Assembly (NCBI GenBank): GCA_002269645.1
Contig: NIVC01000168.1
Coordinates: 347,899-411,898 of the forward strand
Source: Macrostomum lignano
Lineage: Eukaryota
DNA: 64,000 nucleotides
Direction: 5' to 3'
Shown one piece after another: positions 11,901-28,476 of this stretch. Below the pieces are notes generated by a model. The model saw nothing but the letters and a program-made list of their open reading frames with translations, searched no databases and was not told where the DNA came from. Within the stretch, counting starts at the first letter, position 1; each line of letters starts with the position of its first letter. Both the position numbers and the translations under genes were made by a program.

Positions 11901-12570
11901 CGATCGAGCAGCATCCGGTTGAAGAGCTTCGCGACGCAGGACACAGTGAGATCCCGCGGTGGTCTTCTTTCGGCGTTGTCCCTGCTTTCTTCGGGATCGG
12001 CACGATGTGCGCTACGGTCCAGTCGGTGGGCGCAGGGGCGCCGGTGAGCACGCGGTTCATGACCTGTGACCTGGGAGGCCACACAGCGATCGAGCCGCAG
12101 CGCTTCGACCGGAATTTCGTCGGGGCCGAGCGCCTTGCCGCCTGATGTTTTCCGAGCAAACAGCACAAAGTCCTCCGTGGTGACTGGGCTGGTGCAGAAG
12201 TCCTCTTCAGCTGGGAGCGGCGTGTAGGGAGCACATAAGGAGCACAAACTCCGTAGTGCGCTCCGTCAAAGAACGGAAGGAGACCAAAGAGCGAAAGGAG
12301 ACCAAAGAACAGAAGGAGACCAAAGAGCGGAAGATCAAAGAGCGGACGGAGATCAAGGTAATAATCCAAAAAATACTTACACAACCCAGCTAGAAGCAAT
12401 AGCGTCCATAGAAACTTCTTTGCAACACTACTGCTCCTAGTGATATTCGGTATGCCGTGCATGCCGATGTTGGAGCCCCAGCTAGAGGCCAATTCGAGGA
12501 ACGAGTTGCCAGTCTTGGCATCGGGTTCCTTGTGCTCCTCATCCGTTGGAGTTTTCTTTTCAGTTGTCAT
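1452..12570 (-). CDS. DEG/ENaC (amiloride-sensitive sodium channel family) subunit, paralog 1; 13 exons, ~643 aa
   Basis: Exons (minus): 12570-12381, 10841-10683, 10077-9892, 9786-9731, 6922-6711, 6196-5926, 5696-5565, 3431-3281, 3198-3129, 3029-2972, 2647-2553, 2461-2353, 1694-1452. Sum 1932 nt, phases compatible. Family motifs: pre-TM1 GMHGIPNI, FPAVTVCN, HPMYGNCYTFN, QPFPEESG, thumb CLKTCIQ..CNC, WPS, LLSDMGGQVGLWLGLSVLT (TM2, G-x-S filter). Exon 10077-9892 has a weak AAG acceptor and is the least certain. Confidence 0.93.
1737..2120. repeat. 11-bp minisatellite (CTCCGCTCCCT)n
   Basis: ~35 near-perfect copies in the last intron of paralog 1. Confidence 0.95.
2690..2942. repeat. 18-bp GTGTCTGTCTGTCTTA-type array grading into (GTCT)n
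   Basis: Read directly. Confidence 0.9.
3915..4066. repeat. GGACCCAAGTACCCAA minisatellite inside the hAT element
   Basis: Read directly. Confidence 0.9.
4315..5160. repeat. 23-bp satellite AACATTTTACCATTTTAAATCGG inside the hAT element
   Basis: ~36 copies with variant blocks. Confidence 0.95.
5778..5918 (-). mobile_element. Headless SINE family 1 copy abutting a splice donor
   Basis: Body matches the other copies. The tRNA head is missing, and similarity starts ~5 nt into the intron after the donor at 5925. Confidence 0.7.
6362..6495. repeat. 15-bp AAAGCCCCTGGTGCT array
   Basis: Read directly. Confidence 0.85.
6943..7231. repeat. (ACTG)n microsatellite
   Basis: Read directly. Confidence 0.95.
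7248..9707. mobile_element. Non-autonomous foldback DNA transposon (2460 bp) with TTAA target-site duplication and tandem 151-bp repeats inside both inverted arms
   Basis: TTAA at 7244-7247 and 9708-9711; termini CAGTAG...CTACTG. Left arm 7248-8462 is the near-perfect reverse complement of right arm 8626-9707. The arms differ by one 151-bp unit (4 vs 3 full copies), a 28-bp terminal deletion and small indels. Confidence 0.85.
10230..10481 (-). mobile_element. tRNA-derived SINE family 1 with a CORE-like central domain
   Basis: Minus strand reads GGGGTTGTAGCCTAG...GGGGTTCGATTCC (A/B boxes), then CCTTGGGCAAGACACTTAACTCTGCATTGCTTCAGTTCACCCAGCTGTAAAATGGG, resembling the MIR CORE. Four copies in the window. 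Confidence 0.8.
10985..11200. repeat. 18-bp GAAGAAGATCAAAGAGCG minisatellite, resuming at ~12270-12355
   Basis: Read directly; interrupted by the LINE fragment. Confidence 0.9.
11208..12268 (-). mobile_element. Degenerate non-LTR retrotransposon RT fragment (RTE-like) with (TTG)n tail
   Basis: Frameshifted RT motifs KALGPDEIPVEALR, WTVAHIVPIPKK, HRGISL, KLFNRMLLDRLQ, FVEFLRGFDSV. Microsatellite tail at ~11208-11225. Confidence 0.8.
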
Positions 12571-12640
12571 TGTATTAGGGAGAAAATTCGAGCAATAGTC
12601 AAAGCGGTTCTGTAGCCGAGTAAGCGGGATCGGGGGGCGG

Positions 12641-12646
12641 TTTATA
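12641..12646 (-). promoter_or_regulatory. Candidate TATA box of DEG/ENaC paralog 1
   Basis: TATAAA on the minus strand ~70 bp upstream of the ATG at 12570; the same spacing occurs in paralog 2. Confidence 0.45.
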
Positions 12647-13529
12647 ATACCCTCATCAAACTGTCTATTGTTGTGTTAGCCAAAATGCAACGTTACCATA
12701 GCAACTAGACTTATAAGCACCAAATTTGGGGTTAATTTAGTTAAGCAGCAAATTTACTGAAGTAGATATAACAGCATCCTCTAATATTGAATGGTCGCTA
12801 AAACTCTACATAGCTATAATACTAGTTTGACCTCAGCTCTACCCAGAGATTAGTTGTCTTCTAATTAAGTGAGGAATCAGTTAGTTTTGGTCGCCAGCCA
12901 GCTGACTGGGCGCTTCTCTATTTACTCATTTGTTACGATTCTATAGATGCACTCGAGATTTCATAGTTATGGTAGCTATGGACAAACGACTTGCTAATTA
13001 AATTATCGTTCTAGTTGCAGTACCAGTTTGAATGGTGAAAAATTCCATTCAATACAATACAACAAAAGACCCAAAATTGTCATGAAGAACTGGTTTGGTT
13101 TTATTAATTAGTAACTTGCTACTCGTTAATGTATTGTTACAACACTCAGAATGACAGGCAACCCATTCATCTAATTATAGTGCTCCTGCATGGCTCCCAG
13201 TTTCCATCGATGTCGAATCGATCTAGTGTACCGGTCCCGCTTATTCAATACCAGCAGCTGAAAGCCTTGAGTTAGAAATCTGACTTTGACTACTTAGAGT
13301 AGGCTACTGATTTTCGAGAGTATAAAGCCTATTTTTTCTAAAATACAACTCAGCCGGGAAGGTGACCGACGTGTCGACGCATTCGATGAACCCGAGGTCA
13401 ATGGAATACTGTGTCGGTGCTCTTATCAATACAGAATTCTATGGCTAAAAGTACATGCATCAAACCTTAACCGTAACTTTTGGACACATGTTACAATTTT
13501 ACATATCACTTATTTCTTTCAAAGGGCCC

Positions 13530-13830
13530 TGCTTGGACTCAACCGCAGGGACATCAGGGCGGTGAACATGGCACTCTCGCGTCATGGCTGTTTTGCCAGG
13601 CATCGCCACCTCCAGGGAAAAATCCGCAGTGAGGAATGCCCCTTCTGCCTCTCCGGTGTCGAGAACGCGGAGCACTTCATCTGTGAATGCCCCGCTTTTA
13701 CTCAGGACAGGCTCACCTAGCTCGGCCCAAACCCGGACCTCTCCGACGTTTTCAGGCTCGAGAATCTCTGCCAGCTCGTCCGCTACCTAAGGGCTACCGG
13801 GCGAGCGACAATCCACCTCCTTATTCTACG
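13530..13830 (+). mobile_element. 3' fragment of an R1/Loa-like LINE ORF2 (CCHC zinc knuckle)
   Basis: My translation: LNRRDIRAVNMALSRHG...ECPFCLSGVENAEHFICECPAF, with an in-frame stop downstream. Confidence 0.7.
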
Positions 13831-14114
13831 GCGGCACCACCGGAGCTCAGTCAAAGCAAGTAGTTCTTTCAAATCGTACATGTAGTTGAAAGCCCTTAGT
13901 CCATTGACACGCAGAGAGTACATGTAATTCCTTGAGTATTCAGTGACATGTACATGACGTCTATAAAGTCTACAGGACACGATAATACGACAGCGTTGTC
14001 TTGTTAATACGCATTATCTGTCAGTGAGTTATTATTTTTTAAACAGCAACTATTGGCTTGGTCAATGTAAACGCTTTGATCAAAGTAGGCAGCATTAAGA
14101 GCTTCGGCTTAAGT

Positions 14115-14511
14115 CAGGGGTCGGCCATTTGCGGGCCGCAAAGCCTATCTCTATCCGGAACTTGGGTACTGTGAAACTTCCACCAAAGCAATCCGGCCAT
14201 AGTAAGACCGGAAACTTCATCATAGCAAGGTCTGTGTCGCTTCTAAGCTCTCTTTCTCTCTACTCTATCCCCTTATCATTCTCATCGCTCTTCCCTCTCT
14301 TCAATCTCTCCTCTTCTCTCCCCTCTCTCCTCTCCCTCTCTTCTCTCTCTTGTCTTCATTCCTCTCCTCCTGCTTTTCCCTCTGTTCTCTCACCTCTTCT
14401 CTTCTCTTATCTGTCATATTCTTTTCGCTCGCCGTTCCTTTCTCATCTGGACCGCAGCCGTGAGCTGAATTCTTTACCTGATCTTTCAGGTAGAAAATCT
14501 TGCCGATCCTG
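14115..14511. mobile_element. Probable older hAT MITE related to the 3736-5362 family
   Basis: Starts CAGGGGTCGGCC and ends TGCCGATCCTG. Flanks GCTTAAGT and GCCTATGT match at 6/8. Internal 14150-14200 is a reverse match to the GGATTGCTATTGTGAA..AAAGGACCC motif, followed by a CT-rich tract. Confidence 0.5.
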
Positions 14512-14744
14512 GCCTATGTGAAATTATACTTACTCATCTCTGGGCATCTACCTCTGGACCCGAATTTTTCCCTGATTTGCAGACAGCAGTTTAGCACTGC
14601 ATCGGCGCACCCATGGGATACATTGTAAGATTTTGTTTATTTAGACAAATAATGAATAAATTTTAGTTTAGATTAAGTGACAAGTAGTGCCCAAGTCATG
14701 TTCGCTATAAACGGCTTCGTTCCATTCCCGGAGACTGCAGTTTG

Positions 14745-21981
<7,237 letters not shown>

Positions 21982-22050
21982 ATTAAAAAGGTGTAATTTT
22001 TATCCAGATTTCTAACTTACTCTGGCGGTTTGTAGTTCGTCTCCAAATGC

Positions 22051-22057
22051 ATTTATA
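22051..22057 (-). promoter_or_regulatory. Candidate TATA box of DEG/ENaC paralog 2
   Basis: TATAAAT on the minus strand 70 bp upstream of the ATG at 21981. Confidence 0.45.
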
Positions 22058-22620
22058 CCTACACGAAACTCTGCGCTAAATCTATAGATGTGACGTTTCA
22101 ATACTGACTCAAACCAATCAAAGTAATGGTGCCAGTGTTCGCATTATGTTCAAACAAAACGTATTTCGCATCCGGTACTGCATGCCGGGGCTGAATTGCA
22201 AGGATCAATAATGATAATTACTTGGCAGCACCTGTAAAAATCTATATGAATTGTTCAAATGAATTAAGTTGATTGATGTGATTGATAGGAAACTGTATTA
22301 ATATGACAGCGATTGTCGCCAAATTTGGTAAAGTAACGGTAGGATAAATTGACGCTTCTGAGTAGACTGTAGATTGTTTGCAGTTTTATTACATAGATTT
22401 GATATACTTAAACAAATAAATTCGTAAATCTAATTACATAGAAATTTCCGATGTTTGCATGCAAAACAGACAGGGAAGATGCAATAGATACTATAGTGGC
22501 TGTATCCTACACGTCTACTCGTGCGTTCACACAGAAGAGATTAACAGGGTTTGCTAATTTATTGTCAAGCTTTCGTGGAAGCATGAATATTCATCCACTC
22601 ATATTGATTAATCACTTTAT

Positions 22621-25600
22621 CTAATACTTCTTTTCATTGTCCAAATCTCTCTGACGCCTTGCGTTCACTTTGCGAATAATGATCTGCATCATCTTGTCAG
22701 TGAACACTCGTTTGTCGGATTCTTCCATCTCGTCCAGTTCTCCTTCGCGTAGCACCCTGCCGAATACTTGCCGTTCGGCGTCGCGCATGTCGTCCGTGTG
22801 CTGCACAATGCCAAGTCGAGTTACGTCGTTCAAGACGTCGGTGTGCGCGCCGGAGCCGTGGCAAGCTGAAAAAAAAGCCGGAACATTTTTGTTATTTTAG
22901 ACTATGGGTACATAAAATGGATAATCGAGGACGTTGTTGAGGAATGGTGATGGATCAATGCTGGTGGATTAATAAGGTTTGATGAATAATTTTTATTGAG
23001 GAGCGCTTGATTGATGACTGATAATGAATGCTCTACGAGTATGAGGACTGGTTGATCAATGATGGTGCTTGATGAGGAGCGGTTGATGCTTGATGAGGAG
23101 CGGTTGATGCTTGATGAGTAGCGATTGATGCTTGATGAGTAGCGGTTGATGCTGGATGAGGAGCGGTTGTTCAATGACGATGCTTGATGACGAACGGTTG
23201 ATGCTGGGTGAGGAGCGGTTGATCAATGATGATGCTTGATGAGGAGCGGTTGATCAATGATAATGCTTGGTGAGAAGCGGTTGATAAATGCTGATGCTTG
23301 TCTGAGGAGGTGGCTGATGATATGGAGGATTGGTCGATAAACGATGCGTGATGCAGGGAAGTTTATTAATGTGTGTAAGCAGTTGATGAATGAATGAATG
23401 AGTGACGGCCTGCTAATGAATGGAGTTGCTTTCACATCCTCAGTTCCCTTACCCTTTCTCGCGGCGTGCGCCGTGGCTTCAACCATGCCGACAATCATTT
23501 CCAACGCCTGAGCCTCCGGTTCCAGATCGTGCACCGCATTCTGCGCCTTCTTGTACCAAGGCAGCGGTGAATAGTGCGTTGCTCTGCTAGGCGGCGGCGG
23601 GAACAGGAACAGCTCGCCAGCTGCCGATTCCCCGGTTGCTGGCCGCTTCCAGCCAGCTGTGCCAAGTCGCTGCGACGCGTCCCCCGCGACGCCTTCCTGT
23701 CCTTGACGCAGCTCCATTCGCAGGCGTCGCATCTCCTCCTCGTGACGCTGTTGATCTTCTAATCGGCGAAGCTTCTCCGCTCGCACCTGCTCGTCGAGGT
23801 ATTCTCGATCACGGCGCAGTCGGATTAGCTCTTCGGCGTCCTCCTTCGCCTGACGTTCCCGTTCGATTCTGAGCGCCTCCTCGGCCGCTTCGCGTTTCAC
23901 TTCGCTTCGATGCAGTTCGTCTTCTAAACCGAAGATTCGCTGCTTGTCGGCCTCGCGCTGGACTCGGCGGTGTTCGCGTTCGTCCGACCGGACTCGATCG
24001 GTGCGGCCCTCCTCGACAAGCCACTGGCGCCAATTTGGCTGAATTCCGCCGTCCACGCGACCGGTGTTGGGATCTGTCAGGCAGAGAAAGAGGAAGTGAA
24101 GTGAGGTGAGTAAAATCCAGGTGGAGTGAGGTGAGTAAAATCCAGGTGGAGTGAGGTGGGTGAAGCTAGGCGGAGTGAGGTGGGTGAAGCTAGGCGGAGT
24201 GAGGTGGGTGAAGCTAGGCGAAGTGAGGTGGGTGAAGCTAGGCGGAGTGAGGTGGGTGAAGCTAGGCGAAGTGAGGTGGGTGAAGCTAGGCGGAGTGAGG
24301 TGGGTGAAGCTAGGCGGAGTGAGGTGGGTAAAAGCTAGGCGGAGTGAGGTGCGTGAAGCTAGGCGGAGTGAGGTGGGTAAAAGCTAGGCGGAGTGAAGTG
24401 GGTAAAAGCTAGGCGGAGTGAGGTGGGTAAAGCTTATTTGGTGGTCGACATTTTGAATCTACCACGTAACAGATCAAATTATATTTAAGAAGTCTGATAA
24501 CAAAGAATTAAGAGCTCTGCTTACTTTGAGTCGGGTCCAAAATTGGAGCAGTCTTGTCAAAGTTGATCAACCGGTATAGATCGGAAAAGTAGAACCGATT
24601 GATGAGGTATTGGAAGTCGCGAGCTAGTAGCTTCAGACCCTCGGTTTTCAAAGCCTTTTCAAAGGCTGCCAGCTGTCAAAAATTTGTAAAATTTTATAGC
24701 TTTTGTTTTAAACAAGCGATGGGAATATCACATTGTAGGAAGTGGTGTGGGTGAACAAGATTAGTGTCGCAGCCTTTTATGGGGTTTTGTAGGGATAGTT
24801 GTAGGGAGTGTTGTAGGCAGTGTTGTAGGGATTGTTGTAGGGAGTGTTGTAGGAAATGTTGCAGGGAGTTTTGTTGGGAGTCTTGTAGGGAGTGTTGTTG
24901 CAAGGATGTAAGAAGGTGCTGTAACCCATAATGAAGCATCTTTGAGAAGGTATTCCACACAACGCTCCAATTGTTAAGGTAGATTCTGCAGAGGGGTGTT
25001 TCAAAGTCCTGCAATTAAAGTTGCTCACATTAGCTCCAGCCTTCAGCGGCGCCTTCATCAAGATGAAGTAGCAAGCAACAGCGATGGCCACAAATTCCTC
25101 CTGCAGCCCTGGCATGTCCAAGGACACAACGTACTGATCCCAGATGAACAGCAGGGCGTCCATGCCCAGGATGCCTGCGAAATATGAAATGATGAATTAC
25201 TTTCGATTGAAGCTTACTACTTGAACAGAATCTACTCAAACAAAGCAACAACTTATTCTCTGCAATCCAGCAGCATCTCAAATCCTACAATCCAGCATAC
25301 AATCCAGCATCTCAAATCCTGCTAAACAGCATCTCAAATCCTACAATCCATCATCTCAAATCCTACAATCCAGCATCTCAAATCCTACAATCCAGCATTA
25401 AAGATCTAAACGCCCAACTCACCAACAAAGAACGGCTTCAGCAGGGTCTTCATCAGCGGCATCATCGCACCGGCTAGGTACATGTCGTCGTCTTGATCGG
25501 AGAAGTCGGCTCCATGCTCCCGACCCGGCGCCAGGGCAGCGGCAAACACGTTGATAATTTCAGCATCAGCCTGACGGGCCAACGCAATCACTCGAGCAGT

Positions 25601-28034
25601 GAAGTGCTTAAGTGCGGATTCGTTCTCCTCGTGCCCGGTGTCCACCATGAATTTGGGCCGGCCGCTCATGAAGGTGAAGTACTCTTGCACCAGAACTTCT
25701 ACTACAGCTGTTGGCGGCGGTTCATGTCTGGAAAATGATAAGGCACCGGGAGTAGATGCGACGTTAGAATATGCAAACACACGGATGATGGCATTATAAT
25801 CAGGGAGTGACTGACTGACAATAAGGACATCGCAAAATGGCATCGAAATCAGGGAGTAACTGACTGTAAAAACATCGAGAAATGGCATCGAAATCAGGGA
25901 GTGACTGACTGTAAAGACATCGAGAAATGGCATCAAAATCAGGGAGTGACTGACTGTAAAGACATCGAGAAATGGCATCGAAATCAGGGAGTGACTGACT
26001 GTTAAGACATCGAGAAATAGCATCGAAATCAGGGAGTGACTGACTGTTAAGACATCGAGAAATGGCATCGAAATCAGGGAGTGACTGACTGTAAAGACAT
26101 CGAGAAATGGCATCGAAATCAGGGAGTGACTGACTGTAAAGACATCGAGAAATGGCATCGAAATCAGGGAGTGACTGACTGTAAAGACATCGAGAAATGG
26201 CATCGAAATCAGGGAGTGACTGACTGTTAAGACATCGAGAAATGGCATCGAAATCAGGGAGTGACTGACTGTAAAGACATCGAGAAATGGCATCGAAATC
26301 AGGGAGTGACTGACTGTAAAGACATCGAGAAATGGCATCGAAATCAGGGAGTGACTGACTGTAAAGACATCGAGAAATGGCATCGAAATCAGGGAGTGAC
26401 AGACTGTTAAGACATCGAGAAATGGCATCGAAATCAGGGAGTGACTAACTGTAAGACATCGAGAAATGGCATCGAAATCAGGGAGTAACTGACAGCGAAA
26501 CGCCCAGACACTAAAGTACAGAAATCTCAGCTTGGATAAAAACTGAAACCTTCATAAAGTACTTGTAAACACCCCAAGCTAACCTGGCAATCCGGTGCTG
26601 AATAACCTGCAGAAACGGTGCAATCAACAAGATCTCGGAGTCAGTGAGACGCTGCTGCGAGCTTTTCATCGCATGATAGTAGGATAACACAGCTTTCATG
26701 GCGTACCAAGCACCAGTTGATCCGTGCATATCCTTCAGGCTGGGCTCCTTGGATAGGATCTGCTTGCACCGCTCGCTAATTCCGTAGTCGTCGATGGAAA
26801 TTGCCTGCTGAGGATTTGAGTGCAGTATCCGATGGTACTGCTGCAGAACTGTGGAAGGAAAGAAAACAATATTGGGATGTTAACTGTCTGCCAAGCCTAT
26901 TCACTCACGGCGGCTTCCTGTAGAGGTGATGCAAGCAGCCCTATTCCACTGCGTACTAACCAAAATTCAGTCAGCTTAACTGCAACAAGACCACTAGAAT
27001 TTACCGTTGCCTCAGGACATAACACTCGCGTTCCAAGAAAGTTTGTTTACGAGCGTATAAAACCCAAATTCTTCCAAATTCATTTTACTGGAGTCTAATC
27101 TATAAGTTGGTTGAATTGATTGAATTGATAGTTGAATCTTCTGGAAGCGGGAAAAAGCGAAAGTAATCTATAATCTTATAATTTTGACTCACCATACTCG
27201 TTGTTAAAGTACACTCTCCACACGTGCAGCCTCAAGCCTAGCGGTAGCGACTGGTTGAGAAAGCGAACGAACTGACTTTTGAGATCCGGCCACTTGTACA
27301 ACAGGGACACAATGCCTTCCACAACACCGGCATGGATAGCCTCTGATCGTGTCTGATAGGGACTGTTTAGTTCGAATTCTTTGCTAACCTGATCATTCAG
27401 ATTCGTTTCAGTAGCTCTGGACAGCGCGTGAAATAGCTGTTGATGAGTTTCGCCTAAAAATGATTAAATTTATTTATCGAACCTTCAAAACCGTACCAAT
27501 ACTCAATAGTATCATTATCTCTAAGAACTCACCTCCAGAAAGCATTCTGAGTCCTTTCTCCTCAAATAGAATTTTTTCCGCCTCGGACAGATCGGTGAAC
27601 TGTTGAACGTGACTTTCAACCAGCTGCTGCTGAATAGCGTCTTGCAGTTCTCCGAGAAAACCGTTCCATTCCTAAAGAAATAGCATAGAAAGAAGTATAA
27701 ATTGCAAGCTTGCTTTAGCAATGACTATATATAATATGTGCTTCTTATCGGTTGGCATTAGCGTTAAGTCACAGTTAAAATATATACATCCTAATTAAAA
27801 AAGTAATGACAAAGATTAAGTACGCAAAGAAACATTAAATTATAAAAATACCAATCAAAGATCAGCAAGAACTGTTTTTCTGACGACAGACGGATTTTGA
27901 AACTAAATATCTCTGCCTGTTTGAGGCAGAACAAACGTCAATAAATTCAATGAAAATATTACCTTGGTCGTTGCAACATCATCAACAGACTTATTTAACC
28001 ACAATGGTGCCTTGGCGTCGAATAAGTGAGACAT
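22621..28034 (-). CDS. Uncharacterised ~733-aa protein: divergent TBC/Rab-GAP-like domain plus long E/R-rich coiled coil; 9 exons
   Basis: Exons (minus): 28034-27963, 27671-27533, 27453-27193, 26848-26584, 25727-25423, 25174-25029, 24672-24525, 24073-23453, 22865-22621. Sum 2202 nt, all GT-AG and in phase. TBC-like segments LPLGLRLHVWRVYF, AMKAVLSYYH, ILLIAPFL, ALLFIWDQY. Coiled coil EREHRRVQREADKQR...EEEMRRLRMELRQ. The gene model is solid; the domain call is by eye only. Confidence 0.75.
23060..23265. repeat. 21-bp GATGCTTGATGAGGAGCGGTT array
   Basis: Read directly. Confidence 0.85.
24095..24432. repeat. 24-bp GTGAGGTGGGTGAAGCTAGGCGGA array
   Basis: Read directly. Confidence 0.92.
24780..24900. 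repeat. 12-bp GTAGGGAGTGTT array
   Basis: Read directly. Confidence 0.8.
25255..25400. repeat. 22-bp AATCCAGCATCTCAAATCCTAC array
   Basis: Read directly. Confidence 0.8.
25797..26492. repeat. 45-bp AAATCAGGGAGTGACTGACTGTAAAGACATCGAGAAATGGCATCG array
   Basis: ~15 copies; this array produces the 15-aa periodicity of ORF 25406..26428. Confidence 0.95.
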
Positions 28035-28476
28035 ATTGGGAAGCTAAATTGGGATGATAAATTAAAAAAATCACAACGCGATCGTTCAAGAGCCAAAAAA
28101 TTTCATTAGGAATTATAAAAATACCTAACTTGTAATTCAAATTTTGTTTGCGTCTAAAGAAGCAAAAATGCGAGCTAAAAACACTAAAATTAAACATCTT
28201 GTTTCAGAATAAAACTATTTTTCCACGTATATAACAGTTAACAGAATATTTTTAAGTTTTCTGCAAAGTTTTCGACATAAATTTGATTTAATAATCTAAA
28301 AAGCTGTAAACAATTATAAATTCCTTGGGAAAACGAATTTCGTAGATATGCGTTTTGTTTTGTCCAATTTCATATTTACATTTTTACGCTTATTTAATAC
28401 CTATCTAAAGACTCCAGTGGTTAATTAAGTAGGTTAAATACCCTAAAAATAGCCGTGTAATTTTAAGTGCCTTGCT
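28035..28476. promoter_or_regulatory. Putative bidirectional promoter between the TBC-like and TLCD genes
   Basis: Divergent start codons only 442 bp apart; CpG is retained here, unlike the TLCD intron. Confidence 0.5.

Noticed and set aside
11620-12570. 316-aa ORF as one protein
   Set aside because: It is a chance read-through of ENaC exon 1 (first 63 aa, strong GTAAGT donor at 12380) into a minisatellite and a LINE relic.
24694-25014. ORF MQDFETPLCRIYLNNW... as an extra exon of the TBC-like gene
   Set aside because: It would need a 20-nt intron and runs into a 12-bp array. The gene splices in phase from 25029 to 24672 without it.
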